Position numbers and translations under genes: made by a program. The notes under the pieces were generated by a model. It was not told where the DNA came from, did no database searches, and saw nothing but the letters and a program-made list of their open reading frames with translations. Shown in pieces: positions 24,934 to 34,552 of a stretch of DNA of 51,125 nt. How positions within the stretch are numbered: position 1 is the first letter of the stretch; each line of letters opens with the position of its first letter. This stretch comes from an uncultured Gammaproteobacteria bacterium (GTDB lineage Bacteria > Pseudomonadota > Gammaproteobacteria > Pseudomonadales > UBA7434), in contig CAXAHI010000002.1 in the NCBI GenBank assembly GCA_963968645.1, positions 1 to 51,125 on the forward strand, written 5' to 3'.

Positions 24934-26385
24934 TTGAATAATTTAATTGCTAACACATCTATAGCGTCATTTTTGCAAAGGGGCTTTCTTAATTTTTCAT
25001 CACTTATTGTAACGGTAGTTCTGTCACGGCTATTGACGGTCTCGGAATTCGGCTTGTTTTCACTCGTCAATGCAATTGTCTTTTTTCTGGTGATTGTTTT
25101 TAGTGGAGGAATTCAGGCTTCGATGGCGCGCTTTATTGCTCTAGCTGATGATGGGCAGTATCGCCGAGTGATTCTGCATAAAGGTCTGAGCTTGCTATTG
25201 CCGTGGGTCTTTTTGTGTACGGGTCTTTACTATTTGCTATATGCGCCCATGATTAAAGCTATTTTTAACGAAAGCCCTCTCTCCGGATTAAGCTTGGTTA
25301 TTTATGGCATTGCCTTAATAGAAGTGATTCGTTTGTTTGTTGAGAAAGTCAGTCATGGTTTAGGTCGATTGGGTATCGCGGCAGAGCAGAGTGCTTACAC
25401 ATCAATATTGCTTATAGTGTTTTTAATATCGGCTGCTTGGTTTATATCAACGGCGGAGTCCGTGCTTTGGGCCAAAGTGGTAGCCTTGGCTCTCCCCATA
25501 CCTTTTGCACTCAGTAAATTGATGTCTATATTTAGAGATAGTATTTCCGCTGATGCGCCAAAAGCTCCTGAGACTCATGAAATCGCGCGTTATGGCTTGC
25601 CGCTATCTTTGATTTCATTGGCCGGATTTGGTTTTCTACAAGCAGATTTAATTTTTTTAGGTCGTTATCTAGATACGGTTAGCGTTGGCTTATACTCTAT
25701 TTGCGTATTCACTTATGTCCGCTTGCTGTTGGTTCCTCGAGCGTTAGGTAATGGTTTAGCTCCTTATATGGCCCGTATTAAGAGCGATAAAGATTGGTTT
25801 TCTTATTTTGAAAAGGGTATTTTTTATACATTAACTTTTTCTGTGCCTGTTGTCATGGTTGGTTTTTTTGTGGGTGCGGACGTTCTTGTCTTCGTGTTTG
25901 GAGAGAAGTATCGAGAAGCTGCGGATGTGTTCCGCTTGTTATCGATCTACTTTCTCTTATCGTCCTTGTTGGCAGTTGTGAATCCTATCTTAGATTTTTC
26001 GGGTCAGGCCGGAATCAGGGCGATTGGGGTTGGTTTGGGCTGTGCCATTAATATTGTGTTAGATATATTATTAATCCCTATTTATGGGATAGATGGGGCT
26101 GCATACGCTACAATAATTGGATATCTTTTTTTCTTTATAGTTGTAATGAGTAACGTGCGTAAATGTGCATTAATCAATTTAGTAAAAAGTCGCCCGATAC
26201 TCAGGTTGCTATTTGTTGTTCTAATTCTTTTGTTATTGATTTTGATAGTAGGATTTATAATTCCAAGTTATTCAACGATAATAATTTTATCGATTTTATT
26301 ATTTGTCTATCCTGTGCTGCTGCTGATCTTTAAGGTCTATACTTCAGATGACGTTACGGTACTCCTTAATAAATTAAAACGATAG
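24934..26385 (+). CDS. Oligosaccharide flippase (Wzx / MOP-superfamily polysaccharide biosynthesis protein)
   Basis: 483 aa with a TTG start and about 12-14 TM helices spread over the whole length. Sits in a glycosyltransferase context. Confidence 0.75.
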   Translation: MNNLIANTSIASFLQRGFLNFSSLIVTVVLSRLLTVSEFGLFSLVNAIVFFLVIVFSGGIQASMARFIALADDGQYRRVILHKGLSLLLPWVFLCTGLYYLLYAPMIKAIFNESPLSGLSLVIYGIALIEVIRLFVEKVSHGLGRLGIAAEQSAYTSILLIVFLISAAWFISTAESVLWAKVVALALPIPFALSKLMSIFRDSISADAPKAPETHEIARYGLPLSLISLAGFGFLQADLIFLGRYLDTVSVGLYSICVFTYVRLLLVPRALGNGLAPYMARIKSDKDWFSYFEKGIFYTLTFSVPVVMVGFFVGADVLVFVFGEKYREAADVFRLLSIYFLLSSLLAVVNPILDFSGQAGIRAIGVGLGCAINIVLDILLIPIYGIDGAAYATIIGYLFFFIVVMSNVRKCALINLVKSRPILRLLFVVLILLLLILIVGFIIPSYSTIIILSILLFVYPVLLLIFKVYTSDDVTVLLNKLKR

Positions 26386-26418
26386 TAATATATTATTTTT
26401 CATATCACGAGTTAACTT

Positions 26419-27648
26419 ATGAATATTGTCATTGATGGGGCATATGGGTTTGACAACCTAGGCGATGAGGCGATGCTGCATACTGCCATTCAGATTTTTC
26501 GAAATAGTGATCTGATTGATAATATTTCTGTGTCATCTTGTTCGCCCGAAAAAATCAAAAACTTCCACGGCGTAAACGCCAGTCGTTCGCTTTTACTTGG
26601 AAATATTATTCGCCAGTTAAGGTCTTTTAGTTTTAAGGCAGCACTATCGTCTTTTCGCTTTGTGTGCTCGACGGACGTACTCGTTTTTGCTGGTGGCAGC
26701 ATATTAAATGACAAGAAGGGTTATAAAGATCTGTTAGTAATTTTGTATAAAATATTACTCTACCGTATTTTAGGAAAGCAAGTGATGTTTTGGGGCGTGG
26801 CTTTTGATCAGCCTAGTAGCCGTATAGGTCGATTTTTATTAGGAAATATTGTAAAGCTTGCTTTACTTGTTATTTTTCGTGATGAAAAATCAAAAAAGCT
26901 AACTGAGAATCTGGGTTGGAGTCAGCAGCATGTTTATAGCGGCGTCGATATATTATTTAGTTTGCTGCCATGGACTGCTAAGCTTTATTCATCAAAAGAG
27001 AAAATAATCCGTGAAAACCGTCAAATAGGATTGAGTTTGCGGCCTTACCCACCAAATATTGGCTGTGATGTTGAAGAGTTGGATGACTCGTTATGCGAAA
27101 AAATTGTTGATTATTTGTCAAGGCTAAGTGATTCGCTTGATAATCATTTAGAGGTAGTGCCACTTATATTTTCTGATGGTGAAGGTCAGAAGAATGATAG
27201 GTCTATGATAGAAAGAGTTGAGACGGCGCTTCCTAACATTGTGTTTAAGTGGCCCGAGGTGAAAATCAGCCAGTGCAAAAATGGTGAGTTTAATGATTTG
27301 TTAGAGCAATATCTTAGCTGTATAGCGGGTCTAGACTTTGTAGTTGGTGAGCGTTTTCATGCGCTTGTATTGGCGCAAATGCTGGAGATTCCTTATGTGG
27401 CTATATCTTATGATAAAAAGATAGATGAGCTAGCTAAGCTTACTAATATGGACTTTTTTTGCATCAACTTATTATCAGGGCTTGCAGATGATACGCTGGC
27501 GCAAGATTTATTCGATGCCTCATATCGGGTTATAGATGAGCATGAACAAATTACTTGCCAGCTACATGACGCTAATGTATTTATTTCTGCAGAATCTAAA
27601 AATAACCAAGCCAAATTATTGGCTGGGTTACATGCTTTACATCAGTGA
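26419..27648 (+). CDS. Polysaccharide pyruvyl transferase family protein
   Basis: 409 aa. N-terminal GFDNLGDEAML and C-terminal VGERFHALVLAQMLEIPYVAISYDKKIDE match the CsaB/PS_pyruv_trans pattern. Confidence 0.75.
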   Translation: MNIVIDGAYGFDNLGDEAMLHTAIQIFRNSDLIDNISVSSCSPEKIKNFHGVNASRSLLLGNIIRQLRSFSFKAALSSFRFVCSTDVLVFAGGSILNDKKGYKDLLVILYKILLYRILGKQVMFWGVAFDQPSSRIGRFLLGNIVKLALLVIFRDEKSKKLTENLGWSQQHVYSGVDILFSLLPWTAKLYSSKEKIIRENRQIGLSLRPYPPNIGCDVEELDDSLCEKIVDYLSRLSDSLDNHLEVVPLIFSDGEGQKNDRSMIERVETALPNIVFKWPEVKISQCKNGEFNDLLEQYLSCIAGLDFVVGERFHALVLAQMLEIPYVAISYDKKIDELAKLTNMDFFCINLLSGLADDTLAQDLFDASYRVIDEHEQITCQLHDANVFISAESKNNQAKLLAGLHALHQ

Positions 27649-27689
27649 GGCGTTAATTACTTAAGTATAATGAAAAGTTGGGTATATTT

Positions 27690-29816
27690 GTGAAACAGAT
27701 ACTTCAAGATCTAAAGACAGGCGATACGATTTTAGAGGATGTTCCTTGCCCATCACTGGGTTCGGACTCTGTCCTTATCCAAACTACCAGAACTTTGGTT
27801 TCTGCAGGCACTGAGCGCATGCTCGTTGATTTTGGTAAGGGTAATTTAATTCAAAAGGCTCGATCTCAGCCGGATAAAGTCAAGCAGGTGCTTGAAAAAG
27901 TGCAAACTGATGGCTTAATGCCTACTATCGATGCGGTCAAAAATAAGCTTGATACGCCGCTTCCGCTAGGCTATTGCAATGTCGGTCGTGTGCTTGGCAG
28001 TCGTTCGGACGCTTTTTCCATTGGTCAGCGTGTTGTCTCTAATGGCAAGCATGCTGAAATTGTTTCGGTGCCAAAAAATCTTTGTGCTGTTATTCCAGAT
28101 TCTGTCGATGATGAGTCTGCCGTATTCACTGTCATTGGTGCCATTGCACTTCAAGGTATTCGTTTAATTAAGCCTACTTTAGGTGAAACGGTAGTCGTGA
28201 CTGGGCTGGGTTTAATTGGCTTGGTAGCGGTGCAGCTTTTACGTGCACATGGTTGTCGAGTTTTAGGTATAGATTATGATGCTGAAAAAGTCGCCATTGC
28301 TAAACAGTTAGGCGCAGAGGTTGTTAATTTATCTGCAGGGCAAGACCCAATAGCGGTAGCTGAAAAATATAGTCGCGGCCGAGGTGTTGATGCCGTTTTA
28401 ATCACCGCATCAACAAAAAGCAACGAGCCAATTCATCAAGCGGCCACGATGTGCCGTCAGCGAGGCAGAATTGTATTAGTCGGTGTTGTGGGCATGGAAA
28501 TGTCTCGCGCTGATTTTTACGAGAAAGAGCTTTCTTTTCAGGTGTCCTGTTCTTATGGGCCTGGTCGTTATGACCCAAACTATGAAGAGGGAGGTAATGA
28601 TTACCCGTTCGGTTTAGTCCGCTGGACTGAGCAACGTAACTTTGAAGCCATTCTCGATATGATGGCTGACGGTCGCCTCGATATGAAGCCGTTAATTAGT
28701 CACCGTTTTAAACTCGCTGATGCTGCGGATGCGTATGACTTGATTAGTGACGGTAACCCATTAGGTGTGTTACTCGAATACGATTTAGAGCAAGACCATA
28801 ATAATGTAAGCGGCAATGTCCAGCGTGTAATTTCACTTAATCCGAAAGCGGATGTAAAAAGACATACAGCTGCCAATGCATCAATTGCGTTTATCGGCGC
28901 AGGTAATTATGCGTCGAGTGTGCTGGTGCCAGCTTTTGCAGCAACAGGGGCAAGGTTAAAGTCTATTGCTTCAGCAACGGGTGTTAGCAGTGTTCACGTT
29001 GGTAAAAAGAATGGTGTAGAAGAGGCGACAACAGATACCGCAGCCGTATTCACTGACCCAGATGTCAATGCCTTAGTTATTTCAACGCGTCATAATGGTC
29101 ATGCTAAGCAAGTATGTACAGGGCTAGAAAATGGTAAGCATATATTTGTTGAAAAACCATTAGTCTTAACCCGTGAAGAGTTAAAGGAAGTCAGCAGTGT
29201 TTATGATGGTTTAGAAAAAAAGCCATTATTAATGGTCGGCTTTAATCGTCGTTATGCGCCTCATGTCGTTAAAGCAAAGCAATTACTCAGTCGCCAGAGC
29301 TCAACTGTTAGTATGGTTATGACGGTTAATGCTGGGTTTATTCCAGCAGATCATTGGGTACATGACCCAGTTATGGGCGGCGGAAGGATTATTGGCGAGG
29401 CATGTCATTTTATTGATTTGCTTCGACATTTAGCCGATGCGCCTATCGAGTCAGTTAATGCTATTGCAATGGATGGTCAGTGTCAGGATTCAGTCTCTGT
29501 GCAGTTAAGATTTGCGAACGGTTCAATTGGTGTTGTTAATTACCTAGCGAATGGCAGTAAATCATTATCGAAAGAACGCTTAGAAATTTTCTGTAATGGC
29601 GCTGTCTTGCAGCTAGATAACTTCCGTTCTTTGCGTGGTTATGGCTGGCCTGGGTTTAAATCCGATAAGTTGTGGCGACAAAATAAAGGGCAGGCACAAT
29701 GTGCTAAGGCCTTTGTTGATGCGATTACTACTGGCGATGCTTCGCAGCTAATTGCCTTTGAAGAATTGAGTGAGGTTACTCTAGCTTGTTTTGATGTCAT
29801 GGATCAAATTGGCTAG
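27690..29816 (+). CDS. Bi-domain oxidoreductase (N-terminal MDR/Zn-ADH-like, C-terminal Gfo/Idh/MocA-like)
   Basis: The track ORF starts at TTG 27678. I prefer GTG 27690, giving MKQILQDLKTGDT, the N-terminus I recall for this family. Also SAGTERML, Rossmann VVVTGLGLIGLVAVQL, second Rossmann IAFIGAGNYASS and the Gfo/Idh/MocA EKP motif HIFVEKPL. Confidence 0.8.
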   Translation: MKQILQDLKTGDTILEDVPCPSLGSDSVLIQTTRTLVSAGTERMLVDFGKGNLIQKARSQPDKVKQVLEKVQTDGLMPTIDAVKNKLDTPLPLGYCNVGRVLGSRSDAFSIGQRVVSNGKHAEIVSVPKNLCAVIPDSVDDESAVFTVIGAIALQGIRLIKPTLGETVVVTGLGLIGLVAVQLLRAHGCRVLGIDYDAEKVAIAKQLGAEVVNLSAGQDPIAVAEKYSRGRGVDAVLITASTKSNEPIHQAATMCRQRGRIVLVGVVGMEMSRADFYEKELSFQVSCSYGPGRYDPNYEEGGNDYPFGLVRWTEQRNFEAILDMMADGRLDMKPLISHRFKLADAADAYDLISDGNPLGVLLEYDLEQDHNNVSGNVQRVISLNPKADVKRHTAANASIAFIGAGNYASSVLVPAFAATGARLKSIASATGVSSVHVGKKNGVEEATTDTAAVFTDPDVNALVISTRHNGHAKQVCTGLENGKHIFVEKPLVLTREELKEVSSVYDGLEKKPLLMVGFNRRYAPHVVKAKQLLSRQSSTVSMVMTVNAGFIPADHWVHDPVMGGGRIIGEACHFIDLLRHLADAPIESVNAIAMDGQCQDSVSVQLRFANGSIGVVNYLANGSKSLSKERLEIFCNGAVLQLDNFRSLRGYGWPGFKSDKLWRQNKGQAQCAKAFVDAITTGDASQLIAFEELSEVTLACFDVMDQIG

Positions 29817-29870
29817 ACGTAAATTCATGCGTAACTTACTTTTGTGGCGTGTTTGGCGAGCGTATTTAAT

Positions 29871-31574
29871 ATGATTCTAAAAATTATTCGATTGTTGAAT
29901 ACGCTTAAATACTTAAAATTCCGCCAGTTTTGTTTTTTTATTCTGCGTAGAAAATTCCCTTCCACCGTTATTCGCGTGCCTACTTTATTGCCTGACGCTA
30001 ATCAGCTGAGCCTAGTTGACCCCATTGCTACCCACTATAGAGTGGAATCAAAAAATGCTATTCAGTTTTTAAATCACAGTCGAGCGTTTGAATTAAGCGC
30101 TATTGATTGGTGCCCCGTTGATACGCAGCGCCTATGGCGTTATAACTTACATTATTTCGATTATTTACGTGACCCTGCTTGGTCTATTGAAGAAAAATTC
30201 AGCATGATTAATAGCTGGATTGCTAATAATAAGCAGTCAACACAACCCGGCTGGGAGCCTTTTACCTGTAGTTTAAGATTGGTGAATTGGCTTTTTTTCC
30301 TGAATAGAAATAAGCAGTGTATGACGTCAGAAGTGCAGCATAGTGTTTATGAACAGGCACTTTGGTTAGAGCGAAATGATGAACAGCACATATTGGCCAA
30401 TCATTATTTTGAGAATATTAAAGCGTTATTATTTGCCGGCTGTTTCTTTTTTAATAGTGATAATAAAGATACGAATGTGAGTCGATGGTTGAAGCGCAGC
30501 AAGCAAGCAATTATTCAGCAGTTAAAAGAACAAACACTTGCTGACGGTGGTCACTACGAAAGGTCCCCTCAGTATCATGCTTTAATGTTAGAGAATTATC
30601 TCGATATTTATAATTTGGCAGTTAGCAATAAAAGTTTTTTTGATGACGATTTTATTCCAGAGCTTAAAAAATATTCTGTACTAGGTTTAAACTGGTTAAA
30701 CGATATTGTTTTTCCAGATAATAATATTCCTCTGTTTAATGATTCCGCGCTTGGCGTTTCGCCTTCATTAGAAAACCTTAACCAATATGCTTATCAACTT
30801 TTGTCTTATGAATACCAAGAGCAGGCAAAGCATTTAGCGACTATCGAAAAACATGACAGTGGCTTATATGGATTGCGAAGCAGTGATGACATGTTGCTGA
30901 TGGATTGCGGAGACATAGGGCCTTCTTATCAGCCTGGACATACACATTGTGATTTTCTAAGTTATGAATTGATGCTAGGTGGCAAGCGTCTAGTGGTTGA
31001 TACGGGTGTTTTCGAATATGAGCCCGGGCCGCTTAGGCATTATGTTCGTTCTACCCAGGCGCATAATACGGTTTCTATTGATGGTGATGAGCAGTCTGAA
31101 ATATGGGGTGAGTTCCGAGTTGCCCGTAGAGCGAAAAAGCTTGATGCTCAAGTGTGTGCTGTTGACGATCGGGTTAGTATAACGGGTGCTTATAGTGGTT
31201 TTTATGGTTCAACACTGGGCTGGAAGCCGCGCTTTAAGCATCAGCGTGATATCAATGTAAAGTTAGTTAAAGATGCTGTCGAAAGCATTGAGGTCGTTGA
31301 TACACTGAGTGGAAAGGGAGAGCATGAAGCTGAGAGCTATATTCATATTCATCCCGACTTTGTACTTGAGTCTATAGACGAAAAAAATATAAAAATATTA
31401 TTAGATGGTGTCATTTTCGCCAAATTAGAAATAAATACTGATTGTCAGTATCGTATTGAAAAAACGATTTACTGCCCAGAATTTGGTGTTAAGCATGACA
31501 TTGATTGTATCGTTATTTATCGGCAAGGTTTCATGCCGCTCAACTTAGGTTATCGCATTCAGCGTTTTATATAA
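29871..31574 (+). CDS. Heparinase II/III-family (alginate-lyase-fold) protein without a signal peptide
   Basis: Blocks NHYFENIKALLFAG, GGHYERSPQYH, QPGHTHCDFLSYEL and AHNTVSIDG. I prefer ATG 29871 (MILKIIRLLNTLKYLKFRQF) over the GTG 29844 of the track. No secretion signal. Confidence 0.75.
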   Translation: MILKIIRLLNTLKYLKFRQFCFFILRRKFPSTVIRVPTLLPDANQLSLVDPIATHYRVESKNAIQFLNHSRAFELSAIDWCPVDTQRLWRYNLHYFDYLRDPAWSIEEKFSMINSWIANNKQSTQPGWEPFTCSLRLVNWLFFLNRNKQCMTSEVQHSVYEQALWLERNDEQHILANHYFENIKALLFAGCFFFNSDNKDTNVSRWLKRSKQAIIQQLKEQTLADGGHYERSPQYHALMLENYLDIYNLAVSNKSFFDDDFIPELKKYSVLGLNWLNDIVFPDNNIPLFNDSALGVSPSLENLNQYAYQLLSYEYQEQAKHLATIEKHDSGLYGLRSSDDMLLMDCGDIGPSYQPGHTHCDFLSYELMLGGKRLVVDTGVFEYEPGPLRHYVRSTQAHNTVSIDGDEQSEIWGEFRVARRAKKLDAQVCAVDDRVSITGAYSGFYGSTLGWKPRFKHQRDINVKLVKDAVESIEVVDTLSGKGEHEAESYIHIHPDFVLESIDEKNIKILLDGVIFAKLEINTDCQYRIEKTIYCPEFGVKHDIDCIVIYRQGFMPLNLGYRIQRFI

Positions 31575-32794
31575 TGAAAATTCTTTTTTTATCCCATTAC
31601 TTTCCACCCGAGGTTAATGCGCCTGCGACTCGCACTTACGAGCATTGTAAGCGCTGGGTTGAGCAAGGCCATGAAGTAACAGTGATCAGTTGTGTACCTC
31701 ATCATCCTATGGGTAAAGCTTACCCTGGGTATAATAATCGCTGGTGGTTTGAAGAAAATACCGATGGCATTCGCGCGATTAAAATCAAAACTTATATCAC
31801 AGCTAATGAAGGCTTTTTGAAGCGCACACTCAATTACGTTATCTATATGGTAATGGCTATTTTGATAGCGCCATTCTTACCTAAGACGGATGTAGTTATT
31901 TCGACGTCACCACAATTCTTTAATGGCTTGGCTGGTTACTTTGTTTCACGTATCAAGCGAGTTCCTTGGTTATTAGAAATTCGCGATTTATGGCCGGAAT
32001 CAATTTTAGCAGTAGGTGCTATTAAAAATAAATTCCTAATTACTCTTTTAGAGGGTTTAGAGCGTTTTCTTTATCGAAAGGCAGATCATGTTGTTCCGGT
32101 TACTCAGGCTTTTAAACTGCATATTGAAAAAAATGGTGCACAAGCCTCAAATATAACGGTAATTAGAAATGGCGTTAATCTCGATCTTTTTGAAAAGACT
32201 GAGCGTAATAACTCGCTAGCGCAAGATTGGAATTTGGAAAATAAATTTGTTGCGGCTTATGTGGGGACTCACGGTTTAGCGCATGGTTTGGATACGATTC
32301 TTGATGCCGCAGAGATACTACGAGAGCATGAAGATATTGTTTTTTTAATGGTGGGTGATGGTGCGGTTCGCGCTAAGCTTTTAGAAGCGGTTAGTACTAG
32401 AAAATTAACTAACGTACTTATGAAGTCTCAGCAACCCAAAGATAGGATGCCGGCTATTTGGTCTATCACAGATGCGAGTCTTGTATTACTCAAAAAACTC
32501 GATCTCTTTAAAACGGTTATTCCATCAAAAATATTTGAAAGTATGGCCATGTCTGTTCCTATTATTCTTGGCGTTGAAGGTGAGGTTAAGTCGATAATTG
32601 ATGAGGCGGGTAGTGGTGTCTGTATTGAGCCAGAATCAGCAGAGCAATTGGCAGCCGCTGTTCTTAGTTTAAAAAACAATCAAGATCTGTATGAAAATAT
32701 TAGCGCTAAAGGTCCTCAATATGTTGCTGATCACTTCGATAGAAAAGTACTTGCGGATCAATATCTTACTGTATTAGAAAAATTGAAACTATGA
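31574..32794 (+). CDS. Glycosyltransferase family 4 (WbuB-like)
   Basis: The true start is probably ATG 31574, overlapping the upstream stop (TAATG) and giving MKILFLSHYFPPEVNAPATRTYEH, a typical WbuB-like N-terminus. The track start at 31505 lies inside the upstream gene. Confidence 0.85.
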   Translation: MKILFLSHYFPPEVNAPATRTYEHCKRWVEQGHEVTVISCVPHHPMGKAYPGYNNRWWFEENTDGIRAIKIKTYITANEGFLKRTLNYVIYMVMAILIAPFLPKTDVVISTSPQFFNGLAGYFVSRIKRVPWLLEIRDLWPESILAVGAIKNKFLITLLEGLERFLYRKADHVVPVTQAFKLHIEKNGAQASNITVIRNGVNLDLFEKTERNNSLAQDWNLENKFVAAYVGTHGLAHGLDTILDAAEILREHEDIVFLMVGDGAVRAKLLEAVSTRKLTNVLMKSQQPKDRMPAIWSITDASLVLLKKLDLFKTVIPSKIFESMAMSVPIILGVEGEVKSIIDEAGSGVCIEPESAEQLAAAVLSLKNNQDLYENISAKGPQYVADHFDRKVLADQYLTVLEKLKL

Positions 32795-32914
32795 GCTACA
32801 CTTTGTTATCAAGCTAAATAAATTGGTTAGATTGTATAGCTGCGACATTAGCGATTAGTTATTGTCTTTCAATATTGGCGCTGATCGAATAACACTCAAT
32901 TAAAGAAAAAGGGT

Positions 32915-34486
32915 TTGAACTTGGACATAAAAACAATACTGCTATCAAAAGAGTCGCTTTTATTGTTATTAGCAATATTAACTCTGGGCTGGGTAAGTTA
33001 CGACGGTCTTGAGTTGATGGTGGGCTGGTGGGAGAGAGATGAATATAGCCATGGTTATATGATCCCATTCGTTGCTATTTATTTACTATGGCAAAAACGC
33101 TTTCTTTTAGCTGCGAATGTTGAGAGTGGTTCTTATGCTGGAGTCGTCTTGCTTTCCATGGCGCTATTTACATGGCTGCTTGGTGAGTTGAGTGCTATCT
33201 ATACCATTACTCAGTATGCATTTTTCGTAGGTATGTTTGCGCTTGCCTTGCTCTGGCTGGGTGTTAAAGGCACAAAGGTGGTTTGGGCGCCTATTTTTTA
33301 CTTAGTGTTTATGATCCCACTACCTAATTTCCTTTATTTTAATTTATCTCAAGAGCTGCAGTTAATTTCGTCAGTGATTGGTGTAGCGGTTATTCGTCTA
33401 TTTGATATCAGTGTCTATCTAGAGGGTAATGTTATCGATCTGGGTGTTTATCAGTTGCAGGTTGTTGAGGCTTGTAGTGGCTTACGTTACTTATTTCCCC
33501 TAATGAGCTTTGGTTTCTTAATCTCTTATATTTACCGCGGTCCCGTGTGGCAAAAGATCGTTATTTTCCTATCCACGATTCCTATTACTGTTGTAATGAA
33601 TAGTTTCAGAATTGGCGTGATTGGTGTGTCGGTAGAGTATTTTGGTATTGCTGCTGCTGAAGGTTTTTTACATGATTTCGAGGGCTGGATTGTATTTATG
33701 GCTTGTCTCGGTGTATTGCTATTCGAGATTTGGTTATTTTATTTACTCTCTTCACGTACGACCAGTTTTGGCTCGTTATTTGATTTGGATTTCGGCGGTG
33801 GTGAGCAACCAGAAAACCTTACAGCTAAACCGTTTAAGTTGGCGACCCCGGCTTGGATAGGGATGGCAATGCTAGTTGCCGCTATTCCAGCATCAATGTA
33901 CTTCTCAGAACGACAAGATATTGTGCCAGATCGTATGGCTTTTATCGATTTTCCTTTAGAGCAAAATGGCTGGATTGGTAAGCAAAATGCATTAACAGAA
34001 GATGTATTAGACGAGCTGAAATTAACTGACTATTTTATGGGTAACTATAAAAAAATCGGCAGCGCCAGTACGGTTAATTTTTATACTGCTTGGTATCAGG
34101 AGCAGCGAAAAGGAGCGTCTATACATTCGCCTAAATCCTGCTTACCTGGCGGAGGCTGGATAATAAAAAGTCATACCATTGAAACTATTAATGAAGTCCT
34201 TCGTGACGGTGAATCGTTAAAAATCAACCGAGTTAATATGCAAATGGGCGAAAATAATCAGCTTGTTTACTATTGGTTCCAAGGGCGTAATCGTAATATA
34301 ACCAATGAATATTTAGCTAAGTGGTTTATTTTTTGGGATTCCTTAACTCGTCAAAGAACGGATGGTGCATTGGTTCGTTTGGTTACTTATGTACCTGAGG
34401 GAGCTGATATCGCCGAAGCAGATAAGCGTTTAGTGGCGTTTATATCGGCCATTGATGAGCAGCTACCTAAATATATTCCTGAGTAA
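32915..34486 (+). CDS. xrtA: Exosortase (XrtA-type by locus context) fused to an EpsI-family C-terminal domain
   Basis: 523 aa with a TTG start. N-terminal W...YSHGYMIPFVAIYLLW. Catalytic-type motifs VVEACSGLRYL (Cys187, nt 33473-33475), NSFRIGVIG (Arg232) and HDFEGW (His253). About 8 TMs, then an additional TM and a soluble ~200-aa domain (EpsI-like). Confidence 0.75.
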   Translation: MNLDIKTILLSKESLLLLLAILTLGWVSYDGLELMVGWWERDEYSHGYMIPFVAIYLLWQKRFLLAANVESGSYAGVVLLSMALFTWLLGELSAIYTITQYAFFVGMFALALLWLGVKGTKVVWAPIFYLVFMIPLPNFLYFNLSQELQLISSVIGVAVIRLFDISVYLEGNVIDLGVYQLQVVEACSGLRYLFPLMSFGFLISYIYRGPVWQKIVIFLSTIPITVVMNSFRIGVIGVSVEYFGIAAAEGFLHDFEGWIVFMACLGVLLFEIWLFYLLSSRTTSFGSLFDLDFGGGEQPENLTAKPFKLATPAWIGMAMLVAAIPASMYFSERQDIVPDRMAFIDFPLEQNGWIGKQNALTEDVLDELKLTDYFMGNYKKIGSASTVNFYTAWYQEQRKGASIHSPKSCLPGGGWIIKSHTIETINEVLRDGESLKINRVNMQMGENNQLVYYWFQGRNRNITNEYLAKWFIFWDSLTRQRTDGALVRLVTYVPEGADIAEADKRLVAFISAIDEQLPKYIPE

Positions 34487-34552
34487 AGAGTAGTGATTTT
34501 CAAAAAAAATAAACAGGTAAATAAACGAGTCAAAAGGGGAGGTATCTAAAGT

